This document shows positions 1-15,000 of a DNA stretch of 64,000 bases, piece after piece. Location: contig NOWV01000018.1 in NCBI GenBank assembly GCA_003344405.1, positions 682,001-746,000 of the forward strand, in the 5' to 3' direction. Below the pieces are notes generated by a model. The model was not told where the DNA came from, did no database searches, and saw nothing but the letters and a program-made list of their open reading frames with translations. Numbering within the stretch: position 1 is the stretch's first letter; every line of letters begins with the position of its first letter. A program made the position numbers and the translations under genes. The stretch comes from Trichoplax sp. H2 (lineage: Eukaryota).

Positions 1-3000
1 CATTAAGATAGTCTACGCTTAAAAATCGCAAATCCAATAAACGCTGGATTAGCTTTGTAGTGCTTGCATGGCGAATCTATAAATAAATGCAGCAAAATAC
101 TTATTTAAACAGGAATCATTTCTTCAATTCGTGCAAATAGTAATCGAAAGCGGAAGAATAATAACGAATATAAATCAAGCTGGAAGCAACTTTTCCACCA
201 ACAAAGTAAAATATTAATTAAGAATGGTGTGATTTGATCAATTTTATACTAATAATTTGCTAAGAGACACTACAGTAATGATTAATAATGATTAAGAAGA
301 AAAATTTTTTCTAGCAATGGAGTGAGGTACGAATTTAAATTGGATTTTATGAATTTTGCGCAATTAATATTTAGCTAAAAGATGCTAATAATTAAGAATT
401 ATTAAGATAGAGATGGCTTCTATCGGTGGAGTGAATTACTATTTAAATTGGAGTAACTTGGACGAATTTTGCTCCAACATAAATAATTTATAATAATCCA
501 GATGGAAATAATCTTCTATATACGTCTATAAAACCCATGAAAATCTGTATCTAGCGACTTTACCTGCGGCACTTTATAAGAATTTAATACTTTACTGAAT
601 CGAATATCAGAATTATCTTCAAATAAGTCGGGATCAGAGCTGAAAAGTTCAAGACAGATAGTAACATTAGAAAGAATCATTAGTTCATTGTTTTCGTTCA
701 AGATGCAATCAAGGAAGATAGATTAAAGATTTAAAGCTTACTTGAGTGAAAAACGAGGGGTAGAATCTTCTGCAGAGTATTGATTTGATGATAAATTTTC
801 AATACACTATAAGTAGAAAGATTTAAAAGTCATTTACGGCTATAGATTTCTACGTAAATAGTCAGAAATAAAATTGGGCCTGCAATGAGTTCAAGCCAAT
901 CCATAGATTGGCATTCGCTAACCTGGCCAATATCGGTTGTCCATGCTGCTTTCTCTCTTTCCGTGGCTGCAGCAAATACAACTGAATATGGCGTTGAATT
1001 GCTAGGATTAATCGTCAGTTTAAATTGTAAACTGGTATCATTTTCTGAAATAATATATCCAATTGCACTGGCATTAAATCATAGTAGAAACGTCAATGAA
1101 GAGGTCATACAATCAAATATTCTCAGGATTTTCCGTTATACCTTACTTGGCATTTAAGATTAGAAGTACAATTTGCTTCTATTGAATACATAGAGTATCT
1201 TACCGTCATCATCGAGTTCTTCTTCAAGTATTGCTTCGGACAATTGAATTTTACCACATTCCTATGATGGAATTATACGTGCAATTCAAAGCTTGAGATA
1301 TTTAATAGATTTATATTTAAAAATGAGAATTTGATGACAGGATTACAGTTTATAATTGGACATTTAACTGTACCCATAAATTTATGCCTGAAGTGATAGT
1401 ATTTAGATAGAATTACAGTTTTTAAATTTGACTTGTACAGAAAATTAATTTTTGAATTCAATATAATATTAACCAAGCAAAGTTAAATAATTAATTCTAG
1501 TGGTAGAACTGCAATTTAAGGTTTTACATCATATAATTCACCGTTGCAGTCTACACCTTGTATAACTCATCATAAAGACTGCTGAGATTGTAAGTTACTT
1601 TTACTGAGTATATTGGAATAACAATTATAAGCTAACAGCTCTATTAAATTCTTTCTCTTACTTTAACAATATGGAGACGGCCACTTTGTAAATGCGAGGT
1701 AATAATTAAATGTTTGGTAAATAGGAAGCATAATCGAATGGATGGGTTATTTTTATCGCCAAATTTAGTCTTTGCTGCTAATTTCTTTTTTAAAGTCGAG
1801 ACATCTTTGGTTTTTTCCAGCGATACTTGAATGAGAGGACCTGATCATCCATAAAATAAAGGGAAATGAAGATTTAGTTTCACTGTAACGTAGAGATAAA
1901 ATGGTTCGCTTAACTTTAATGACGTAGTTATAAAAGTAAGATTGATTATACGCGTTTATTTGCAAACTGGAGAAGTTCCATAGGCATACTATGCAAAGGA
2001 ATTGAATGCATTTTTAAACCAAAAGAAAGGTAGGATGGGCTATAGATGAACAGTAAAGACTCATATAACAAGAAATTGGGAAGATAATGCAGTCGTAAAA
2101 ATGACCGACTCCGCTTTGATAGTTCTAAAAGTTTGACTAACTATATCGACTACAAAATTAAACTGTCTTTGGAGCTAATATCTAAATTCATTAAATATAA
2201 TTTAAATAAAAAGAAAAGATAGCAGAGAATGACAGGAAATGACCAGCTTGATTTTGATAGTTGTAATACTAAAATCGAATAAGGTAATTTAATTACAGAA
2301 TTAAAGTTTGCAAAGCATAATACTATTAATATTTAATATTTAAAGTAAATAATGGTAGTCCAGAAAAGGAGAAAAGAAAGATCGATTCATGCAAAGAATA
2401 AAACAAACAGATGATGATCAAATAATGCTGCCTTAATGCTGATAGAGGTTAAACCGAGATTGAATAGAATCATTAATTAAAAAATGAAATACCATAAAAG
2501 GTAATGACACCTTTCATGTTGAATATTTAACTTCGACTTTACCTTGACGAAGTAAGCATTGTTCTACATCCAATAAAATATCGCATCCTTCCACAATTCT
2601 TCTTTCGATGGAGAGATTCTTTCGGATACTCTCAGTTTCACTGACCTCATCTTGCATTACCTTTAGGAAGTTTATAGACAACAAATGAGATGATTAGTAC
2701 GTCAGAATTATTTTATATGGATCAGATATTCTTATAACATTAATCATATATCTTATCTCAACACATTTGTTTATTTGTCAGCAAATTAAGCCTTTTATCA
2801 ATTTCTTCCATATTTTAAACCAGCAGTGACTACTTACCCTAGCAATTTCATTGAGTACACCCTGAGCATTTTCTAATGATTTCCTATCAACATGGCCAGG
2901 AGGTGTGAAAGCCAATAGCTTGTGCAATGTAACAATAATATTGGGTACCTAATAAGATTATAGTTCAATTGAGTATAAATAAATAAGATGAAGTGCATAA

Positions 3001-6000
3001 AAGCTTTCTTCAAAATAGTAAAATATGAATTTACCTCGTGCATAGGGTAGGTTAAGTAATTTTCTAATTTAGCTCCCAAGCAGGCTGGCTTTTGCTCTAA
3101 CTGGCACAATAATTTATTGAAAGTTGGCCTAATTTTACATTCAGCTAAGACCTACGTTTTAAAATCATTATAGATGAGACATCATGTTCAAATCATGCTT
3201 ATAATAGCACCGTAATTCTACCATTGTTATTACTTACTTGCAAACTATAATGATGATTGCGGACATATTCTTGATAAATGGCTAATGTGGGCAGAAAAAC
3301 ATCCAACAAATTGCCTAGGTATATTACAAAAGTATCATTTATTATGCATTGGTATTGTTAATGTAGTAGTATTTTAGCACTACAGGATATATTTTCTGTA
3401 TACATATTTCTAACTAAAATTAATTTGTACTAGGCTAGCAGACGTTATAGAATTACCAATTTGTAAGGTAGGCCAGTTTTCTATTCTGGAGTGAAGAATT
3501 TTCAAGATAATTTGATGAAGAAATAAAATGGTTTCGCTAATAAAATACAAGTTGATTAGTTTGATACCTTTTGAATTCGGATATGACATATATAAATGCA
3601 ATTACAAATCAATTTCAACAATCCAAACTTGAATTTATTTAGCAGAAATTTAGTTTAGAAGGTATAAATTAGGACATAAATTATGTAATACAATTACGAG
3701 GTCAATTTTATTACTCTAAACTGGAATATATATTCAATAGAAATTTAGTGCATAAGAGTAGAAGGCACAGATAAGAATATTGAAATTATAACGCAGTTTA
3801 AAATAACTTTAATGCTGTAAACTTGAATATAGTTGTCGTAGTGAAATTTTAGTATATGCGATTAGAAGATGTATGCGTAAATTAAGATATTAAGGATGGA
3901 AAGCAATTGCAAACTCAATATCAGTACACGAACTTGAATATATTTAGCATAAATTTAGTCTATATAATTAAATACGTGAAAGAGGATATTAATGGTGTAC
4001 AGTAATTATAAAATCGATTTCAATACTCTGTACTTTGATTATACAGTATTTATCAGAAACTTAGTATCTACGTGTAGAAACCACTGATTCAAAAACTGAC
4101 AAATTCATTCTTACCAATTTAGAAAGATTGAATTAACTTCATCATGAGTAACCGAAGGCTTTTTAGAACTTGCCGCCATCTTTAAAGGTCTCAAATAGCA
4201 AGATACAAGAATGGACATTTGTTGTACATAATTTCGTTCTGATTCGTACAATTGAAAGAAAATGCCATTCCGTTTCTTCAAAATATCACTATGTTCTGAA
4301 CTGACATAATTCTGGACGATCGCTTTCCATTTCCTGCGGCATAGCCAGCCACGAATAAAACTTTGAATCTAATAAGGTATTGAATAGTTATGTTGAACTT
4401 ATTATTAGAGCTACAAGAAATTATATATCAGTATCAATTGCAAGTAAGAGATACAGGTAGTTTATAAAACCGTCATTTAGGTTTCATTTTATGAAAGCTA
4501 TGAATATAATTTACAGTTACTATCAGAGCCATATTATATTATAAATCGATATTAAGTCCAGGAGATACATGCACGTTATAAAACTGTTATTTTAGTTTCA
4601 TTTTATGAAAATTTTCAATCTAATAGGTAGTGAATAGCTCTATAGAGTTGTTATCAAATCAATATGAAATTATAAGCCGCATTAGATCTAGGATATACAA
4701 TAGTTATAAAATTTTGTTTAAATATCCTATACTATTTGAATGTAATCAAATTATCACCACAGCAAGCCAATCTAATAAAGTTACCTTTTTGATCTTTTGC
4801 AGTTCTTCTGGTTCATTTTGAGTGCTTAATTTCAACTCACATCGTAAGCAGTGCATCTGAAAACAAGGTAATCTTAGCTTATTTAACAGGATGAACGAGT
4901 CTCAAGAATGTAACATTACCTCTCCCTTTAAATTTCGAATTTCCATTTCTTGATTCTGACATAGCTGGCGAAGCTGTTTTTTCTCAATCTCTTCATTTTC
5001 CATAATTTTCGTTAAATGATCATATTTTCTATCGATTTGGTTACGGGCAGTTCGAATATCTTCATAACTGTAGACATTAGAGCAAGCTGTTAGGGTTCCT
5101 TTAATCGAAATGTTTATTTAATCCATGTAATCCTTTCGACTGTATCAGACTGATTAATGAACAAGTATGACATTAATGATTATCGGGCGAACGACTTCAA
5201 ATGGCCATAAATTATCCTATAATTTTGGTCTCTAAATGATAACAATATCTTACCGGCAACCACGGATATTGTCGACCCAAGCTCTTAAATCATCGTCAGT
5301 GTCAGCAGCAAAGGTAAATTGTTTCTGGCCATGGCCAGATAGCTCAATTGTGAAGATATGCTAGAAAGGAAAAGATAAAGTATAACAGTCAGAAATTGCG
5401 TCGTTTCTTTGCCTGGTAGATGGAACAAATAATTAGACCTTTTGATAGATTTTAAAGTAAATGATTAATACAATAAGAAGGTAAAGTTTAAAGTAAACGA
5501 TTAACACAGTAGGGTGAAATATAAATAGTCATGAATTCATAAATATGTTACAAATTTCAGTAATTTCTTATGGTTAATCTCGGCCATAAAAGATCAAGGC
5601 AATAAACAATATTGGTGATATTGGCTGACAGTAAGCATCTCTTATCCTTATAGTTAAATTTTATCAAAGGTAAGAAGAAACTAATGCTATGATATTAATG
5701 TTATTTTTAGTGAGCAGTTAACAACTCTTATTTTCACTGATGAATATTATTGGAAACAACAAGCAACCATGCTATCATCAATTTTATAATAGTACTAAAA
5801 TAAATAATTTATAGAAAGGCGAATATCATCTCCGACATGGCAAATTAATTATTTTGTTGTTATGATTGTCTATACTAGCAAAATGGATAATAAGTGATAG
5901 ACCTTAAAAGATTCAATCAATCTGGAAATGAAAATTGATGATAGCCGTAATCATGAATCATTAATAGCACATTTCATATCTGATACAAATAGAAAAGCAA

Positions 6001-9000
6001 CAAAAAAGTTGAATACTAGTTTTACCCAGCTTACCAAGAAATACAATTGAAATAGTGCAGTGGATTATAGAATTAGGCAAGCAAAGTAATTAGTCTTGGT
6101 TGTTGTATAGTAACAGTAAATCAATATTCAAAACTTTGTGATCATAGTCAGACTCCTCAACAAAATATTAAAATTTCATTGCAAAATCTAGCCTATGTCT
6201 ACATCGATCTAGACCTCTAAAAAATAATGTCTAGCTGAAAATGAAACCCTCCCACGTAAACTACGCAAGTTTGCCAGACAAGAAATATTTCTTGTAAAGT
6301 TAGAATCTATGAGGAAGAAAATGGAATTGGATTGAAATCTTTCCGCTGATCTAAATCCAATTGTACCATCGAAATTGAAATTATAATCTTGGTGTTTGAC
6401 TCGTTATTCAATCTCGGATATTTCTATCGATTTAAATTTAGATCGAAATTTTGACTAGTTCATTTAAAACTATATCCATCTAAAAATGGAAGCATAATCT
6501 TCCTGTTTGGCTATTAACTTTAATTTCTGCTATTTGTTGAAATATTGATCAGTAGGAAAGGAAATGGAAAATTGATTAAAAAAATTCTGATTAGTCCATC
6601 TACGGTAGGTTCTAAACCAATACCAGAATTATGTCTAGACAAATTGGAATCGTAATCCTTTTGACTAATTAGTTATCCTATCTGCACATTTTCCAGATAT
6701 AATCATACACAAGATAGGAAATAAAGAATTGCATGACCGAATAGCGCTATTCTATCTCAATATCACTTAATCTCTGTCAATTATCCTTACTCCTTTTCAA
6801 ATTCATATTTCAAGTATGGTTTCGTCTCAAGATTTGATATAGAGTACTGGGTCACAAGGATTATGATTACCGATTTACTGAAATGAGAGATACATCTGCC
6901 AGATCTAGCATTTAAAGTAGCTTAATCAAGGTAATTAGGTTGGAGGCACTAAAACGATGAGATCTAATGAGATTAGGCTAGTGGGAGCAAAGGTGACAGA
7001 TGTTAGCTGTAAATTATTAATCCAATGGAAATTATTCTCAATTAGTATTCTTATACGTTATAGCCTTCCAAAATAGCATCTAGTTCAAAGTTTGGGTTAA
7101 TAGCATCATCAACATGCTATTAAATACGTACGCATATATCAAGTGCTTGAAGGAAATGTTGTCTATCATCTAGATTTTAGAATATAATATACGGGAGATA
7201 CAATCACTAGGGACTATGAAAATAATTTAAAGATGATCTATATGACTACAATATCATCATGGAATCAAGTGCTTGAAGGAAGATCTTCCTTCATCTTGAT
7301 TATCATGACAAGCATAGCTATCTATAAAGTAATCATGACATCAAAATATACGTATATGGATTTATAGCGGTAAAAGAATATGATGTAAATACTCGTGCGG
7401 CTATGCATATACTTAATCGGCCATTTTCAATACTTATGCATGCGTATCATCATTCTGAAATAAAATTGTTACCAACCAATCGTAAAAATAAACCAAAGTT
7501 ATCTACTGGCACTGTACGCGTAGATGGATACTACTGTAATAGTGATCATGAAATCAAGGGCGTGAAGGAAACTTTTCCTTCATCTTGATTATGCCATAAA
7601 ACCCTAGCTAACTATGAGAAATAACTAGAATGATCTAGTGTGTTATATTACTAGGTATATAATCTTGATCATGAAATCAAGGGCTTGAAGGAAAAGTTTC
7701 CTTCATCTTGATTATGCCACAAAATCCTAACTAATTATGAGAAATAACTAGGATTATCTCGTGATGATATATTAGTAATATTACTATGCATATAATCTTG
7801 ATCACGAGATCAAGAGCTTGAAGGAAAATTTCCCTTTATCTTGATTATGTCGTAAAATCCTTACTGACTATGAGAAATAACCAGAATTATCTACTGGTGT
7901 TAAAGCTTGAAATCATTACTAACGATAAAAATGTAATCAGAACGAACTGCATGGATACCACTGTAATATTATTATCAAAGCTATATGAAAAAATATCCAG
8001 AACCGAGCTAGAATCAATGTGGGATATTTCTTCCTATTCAGTTACTCCATAAATAGATGCGAGTATTGTGAGGATCAATAACTGTGCAAAATAATATGTG
8101 ATACTTGGACTAGTTTCTCCTCGTCGATTATTTCTTGGCTCAAGATGGAATAAATATTCTCTTTCTTCCCAAGCCCAGCTGACATAGTAACGATAATAGC
8201 ATAAAACAGAGTCGTAATCGGATCAGACAATGCTACTCTAAGGTCTGATTATGTTGTTATTCTTCTCCTTATATAAAATTTCAATCGCTTGATCAAATTT
8301 AAACTATTGCAATGGAAAGACCTGAAGGCATTGACAATTTTCCTTATTGCTTGGATTAGTGTAGGCGAATGAAATCTAGAGCTTTGTATATTGTATTGTA
8401 TGTTGCAAATAAGTCGTTTATTGCTTGAACAAATCTTTTCCTTTATCATGACAAGAGTTGGCGTTAATTAAAACAGCATTGGAGATGTTGGTCATGATTG
8501 AAGGTCATGAGAAGAAAATCGGAACAGTGGTAGTGAACAAATAGCATCATTTTAGTGATTCATGTTCAATCAAAAAATTAAATCTATGTCCCTTTGAAGT
8601 GATAAAAGTTCATACAAGAATTTACATGTTAAACAGATGGAAAATGGAAGCTTAATTCAAACCTATTGGTTAATTAAGTTTGTTGATTAATTGCGTTTGT
8701 TGATTTAATCGTCAATTGCAGCCTATAAAATAAGCCCAGTGATCACCTTTTTTTTAATTTTTTTCCTTGACAAATTTACAGTAGTGACTACTAATAATCT
8801 GTATTTTGATGCTTATTGCCCTATGAGGAGATGGAAACGAATTGGATTGTGACATGCTGTAGTTGCTATCCAATTAGGATTGTTTTGAAATTTACATTCA
8901 TATTGATGAGGAATTGAACGACATATTCGTATGCTGCTAATTTTATGATTCTTATTCTTTCTAGAGTTTCTCTCCACTCATTTCCTCCATGATATTAGAA

Positions 9001-12000
9001 CAACGATATAAGTAAACTGAGGGGAAATACAAGTAAGAATATCGAGGATAAATTGAGTTCATTTTACCATAAACTTTACATTACTGGCATGATTGAGCTC
9101 TAGAGTATAATATCTGGGACCAATTAATTTGATTGTTGTAATTGACTCTTCATTTCTGTTATGTTAGTAAATCAAGAGTGCAGAACGCAGAGTGAGTTAG
9201 ATCAGTAAAAGCAATTTAAGCCGAATTTTCAAGAACATAGCTAAATCATGATGATATTACTCTAGTTCATCTTATCCTCTCCTAATCAATAGATTGGACA
9301 TTGTGGCAAGAGTAGCTCAGTTTAGCATCTATACTCTTTCCCGATTCCCTATCCATTTCTTCGACGTTAGTAAAGCAAAGATGTTAAAATAAAGGACGAT
9401 TACAATCCGTTTATGAAAAGCAATTTTATATAACAATTTACATAGTCAGCAACTTTGACACTGTCGTAAAAATGGATTTAAGTTCACGTTGGTATTCTTT
9501 CTTGATTTAGCCCCCTATAAATTTCTTGTACCCGCCATTGGCAAAGCAACGATACCAAAATCAAGAGCAAATTAGATCAATAAAAGCAATCTACAGTATC
9601 GTTAGTATTTTATCCATCTACAACTCCAATATTGCGGTAAAAATGACTCTATCCATCATTAAATGATCAAGCACCATTATAAAATCATCTCCTTGTCGCT
9701 AACGTTGGCGATTTTTTAATAACCATAGGGCTATAGTTAATCACAGGCAATCAATTGCCTATTGACTCGTATTACATACAAAAAAAAATGACCATTAGAT
9801 TAAGGGGATAATAAATAGTTTCAATATAAGCATTAAAACAAATTAAACGAATATCAATTGGTCAAAAGCATTACAGCAACATGTATAACGACATCATGTA
9901 GACAATGTATCGATCTATTGCCATGAGAAATGATGCCAAAGGAATCGGTCCATTTATTTTAGACATGATACATTTAATTCTAATTTCTTCTGTTTTCAAA
10001 TCGATCTATGCGTTAAGGTATTTTCATACACTTTATTCAAGGTTGCAGATGGGAAATTGTTTTCAATGTCTTAATTTTTAGGGGGGACAAGAAATGAATA
10101 GTTAAGAGATATTATTATACAGTTTCCTTTTTTTTCAATCGGATATCCTATCCAAAAGGGATTTCTTAAATAGGTAACAGCGAGACAATTTACAACTATC
10201 ATGATTGGATGATTATTGGACAAGCTTTATCATGATTAATCTGCGCCCATAGAAATATCAAAAAGAAAGTGCTACTGAATTTCTCTTTCCAGTTTTTGTC
10301 AGTTTCTTTCTGATCTTCCTTTATGATTATGAAATAGGAGCCAAGCTTGGAGACTCATTCCTCAGTGGTAGCAATAATATGAGCCCCTATCGCCTCTAAA
10401 AATAATACTACTACCCATCACGCTGAGTATCGGTCTATTCATTTCGATCAGATTCTTCATTAATCACCGGGAAAAAGGATAGAATCAAATATTGATTCTC
10501 CGTAATGACTATATAACGTCTATAAACGAGAGAGAAAAAAGAAAATTCCTACAGAACCCTAACCCTTCCTAAACGTATTCATCTTTGCTTGTCTGCAATC
10601 TATTTCAATGTTACGACAGTGATCATCAATCCGAAAAATTTCGACTTCATTAACCGTAAACTAATACAACATTCCATGGTTAGTCCACCTAGTCTATAGG
10701 GTAGTTGTCATCATCATCAAGAAAACGTTAGGGAATTAAACGTGGATTCTCTTCAATGATAATTACGTAACAGAAGAGGAAGAAAATTCTAGCAGAGCTG
10801 AATTCTTAATCTACTGTATCTGCGCTCGTATTCAATTTGTTTTCAGGTAGGAATCAATCAGTGCTGTAGCAGCTGTCGTGTGCCAGAAAAATAGAAATGA
10901 CGGCAAGTTCTATAAATAATTTTGCTCATCTAGATAGTATTCTCCATATCACTGAGAAGGTATTACACAACCGAATACTGATTCTCATCCATGATAACCA
11001 CCTAAAAAAGAGAAGAAATTCCAGTAGATCTGAATTCTTAATCTACTGTATCTCCGCTCGCATTCAATCTATTTTTCATGCAGGAATCATTGAATGCTAT
11101 CTTGTGCCGGAAAAAAAATACTCTACGGTACATTCTGTAAAATGTCCGCTCATTTTTGTGCTATTCTCCATCATCACGAAAATGTTACAGAATTACCTAT
11201 TCTCCTCCATGATTGTTCTATGAAGGGGAGAAAAAGTTCTAGCACAGCTGAATTTTTAATAAATTGTATCTCGGCTCGTATTCAATTCATTTTTTTTTCA
11301 CGTGGAAATCATTTAATGCTACAGTAGCTATCCTATGCCGAAGAGGAGAAAATTGACCACAGCACATTCTGTAAAGAAGTCCGCTCATCTCGATGATATT
11401 CTCCATAATCCCCAAGAAAATATTATAGAACCAAACCTTAATTTCTCTTCAATGATAATGACAGGTAGGGGTGAGAGAAAAGAAAATCACTGCACCACAG
11501 AATTGAGCTGTTAGTAAACTATACCTCCGCATGTCTTCAATCTAATTTCGCCCACTCTAGTCCTCATTTAACCTGGCGATAGCCATCATTTATTTTCTCC
11601 TATCATCATTGTAATAAAACAGACTACTGAATAAGATTACTCGATATAGAAGTTCATTTATTTTCCAAGTATAATCCAATCTATTCTTCATGTCTGTGGA
11701 AAATGGTACTCTATGGAATTCTTATTCTCCTCCAGGATAAAATATGTAAAATGGCAAAGATTCCTACTTCACTGAACTATCCATAATCACATATTTTCCT
11801 CCATTTCCAATCTCTTGATAATACGTCATCGTCTATTCTAGCCTAAATAGGGATGATAAAGTGGAAAAAATTTCCTACTGTATCCAAATGGACTACAAAA
11901 TAATATCGTTCATTTTCCAAGCTATAGTACGACCCCAAATGGCTGAAGATTAAAATTATACCCGTAGCCCTTGGTAGTTGTAAACGAACCTAAATCATCG

Positions 12001-15000
12001 AGTACTCATTCTCCTCAAGGATTAAAAGGTAAGATGGACAATGGTTCCCACTTCATTGAACCATAATCTCATCTTTTCATCCATTTCTAAATCCCTTCTT
12101 GACAATATATCATAGCCTAGTCTACAAAAAAAACGACGATGATAAAGTGAGAAAAACTTCCACTGCATCCAAATTTATTTGAAAATATAATAATATTCGT
12201 TCATTTCCAGGTAAAAAAAAGTCCAACCTATTCTTTCTCCTTCCTCTTCAGAACATTGATTCTCCTCCATGACAACTTGGAATGGGGCAGAATAACTATC
12301 TAATCGAATTTTTAAATGCATGCTTGTTCATTCCCAGCCCCTTCTTGACTACAGTCATGAAATGCGCGCTGTGTCCATTTTCTACTCTCGTCCATGACAA
12401 ATGAAATAAATTACTCTGAATTTACCGTAAGTGGATGGACACGTTCATTCATTTTTACGGTAAGGTGCAATCTATTCTTTAATATTCTTGAAAAAGTCTA
12501 TTATCCTCATTTTGACAATCATCCATGATAGGGAAAAGCGCCACCCAATCTGACTATCCACTAACACCATCCATGTGCCCCTCCACTTTGGCTCTATTCT
12601 TCATCCTGATCAAATACTATTGAATTTGATCGCCTATTTTCTCTCAATAACAGCCATATCAACGAGAAAATGATAACTAAAGTAACCGTAGAAAATTAAA
12701 TCTTTTCAATTAATACTAGTCTTGATCATGGTGAAATGCTACTACATTCGATCGTCTATTTAATATCAATGGCAGCCATGTCAATGGGAAAATAATAACT
12801 AAATTAAACATTTGAAAAATTAATCCTTCCAATTCTAGTTTATCGAATCGTCATCATGATGAGAATACCAGAACTACACACTCTCTCTCAGTAGTCCCTG
12901 AGAATACTGCGGCACTATCCTCTACTCTTCTTGACAGGAACCATAAAAGGATTACAGAATGAAACCTTAAAATCCATCCGCTCTATCTCTTGTTTACATG
13001 ATATTCATGATCATGAGAATGCTACGATTTCCATCATCTTTCCTCCCAATAGCGATCGCATAGACAGTATAAGCATGACTGATGTAAGCCTAAAATTTAT
13101 TCTTTTTCCTTCGTATTTTATTTTTCATTTTTAAAGGAAAAAAGACTACCTATTGATACTGTTTCAATATAGAGGTATCGGTTTAGCTGCAAGGAAATCT
13201 TAATTCATGTTGTGTCATGATGGAAATATCCCTTACACTGCAAGCAATCATACTCATAGCGTGAAGAGGAGATCTTTCTTAGCGACGATGTGTTTTCCTA
13301 CTTCAAATCGAAATTATCAGTGTAAAACGGTAGGATCTATCTAATATTAAAGATGGAATCGATCGATAATGCCATCAGCCAATCTATGATATATTAAATT
13401 AATATCTACGCTATCGCATGTTCATGGGCACAAGTTTAAGTTGTGTAAAATTGTGTTCAATTTTAGTTGTGTTATATCATCTAGCGAAAAGCAAAGTGTT
13501 TCCCCCTTATAGGACAAATGCTAGAAGATGCGCAGTGACAACATTAGGAAAGATCGAAAGAGATGTTTCTTTGTAGCCTTTTGCAAATTTAGGTCAAAAT
13601 AAAAAGAGACTGAAAAATTCGTCGTCAACTTGTGACTGACAAAGTAGCAATCAGTTGGCGAAATAATAACCTAACGATGACAGAGATCTAATGACAAAAT
13701 ATTTCTACTTTAGAAACAGCTTCCTATCGATTATTATTTCTTGACTAAACGTCAATTCTAAGAATAGAAATTCTTACAAAGATATATTACTCTTGTTATT
13801 AGTAAGTAATTTTACTCCATAGGATAGTAAAATGTATTCTTGGATCGGCTTTATAAGTAAAAGCGGATTTAATTATTATTTCATGTTCCAACTATGACAG
13901 GCGATCAATGAAAGACTAAATGACGATCGGGAAACAGTTACAATTTTCAGAAAATTAGCATTAAACGACCATTTCACAAAGGTTATGCATGTCTAGCCTT
14001 TATTTATCCCTTATGACGGTGACAGAAAATCGATTAAAGACTAAATTTCTATTGCGAAACGCTTCTAATTTTTCTGATTAAATAAGCCATTTTAAAGATC
14101 ATGCATGTCTAACTGCTATTATAAATTATCGATATTACGATTGCGAAATGGTAAAATTCTTTCAAACACTAAGATTAAACAGACTCTTTTTCTATAAGAG
14201 CATGCATATCTAACCCGTTATTCATGATCATTAGAATTATAACAGAAAGTAAATTAAAGAGTAAATGATAATTGTGAAACGGCCAAAAAACTAGGATTAA
14301 GTTAAACAGACCATTTTACAAAGATCAAGTATCGCTAACTGATCATTAGAACTGGGATAGAAAGTCAATTAAAGACTAAATGACGATTGTGAAATAGTAA
14401 AACTACAAAAGCGTAAGATTCAACAGATCATTTTGTACAGATGCATGCAGGTCGAACCCTTATTGACCATTAGAATCGTGATAGATGTCAATTAAAGACG
14501 AATAAATTACGATTGAGATAGGGTAAAATTCTCGGACATGTAGATTTGAAAAGAGAACTTTACAAAGGCCCCTAGGTTATCCTTTCTTTAGCGCCATTTT
14601 ATTTATAGATTGGATCATGATTGATGATAGCTCCGAAGGTGCGGTAGTAATCATCGATTTGATGTTGATAGACTTTAAAACTGGATAGGTAAATACTGCC
14701 ACGTCTCACTTTTTTGCACTAGTTTTTGTTTTCAACAGTCAATAAGGTAGCTGCAAAAGATGCGGTAGTGCAGTATAGTAGAGAGAATTGTTGACCATCA
14801 TCGCCGTTAGGGTAGGCCATTGGATACTCATTGTTTATAGTTGATTTGAATGGATATTATAAACTAATAAAAATTACTCCAAGTAGACAAGTTGTATAAG
14901 TAACGGTAAAAGTAGAAATAATATCTAGATAGGGTTCTATCTGAAATAAAATGATCGCTTTAAATACTTGTACTATCTTTATTACAATCTTATAGCGCAA

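Noticed and set aside
7137-7890. CRISPR-like look (palindromic repeats with spacers)
   Set aside because: The array is in a eukaryotic intron, the spacers are ~90 bp and homologous to each other, and there are no cas genes.
10555-10566. Telomere-like AACCCTAACCCT
   Set aside because: Only two units, so it is not distinguishable from chance.
10897-11327. 108 aa and 77 aa ORFs
   Set aside because: They lie in a degenerate tandem array, the frame is not kept between copies, and there is no recognisable domain.
14090-14155. Resemblance to the 18S rRNA 5' end (CATGCATGTCTAA...TGCGAAATGG)
   Set aside because: Only short words match, the spacing differs, and it is one copy of a local array with no further rRNA similarity.
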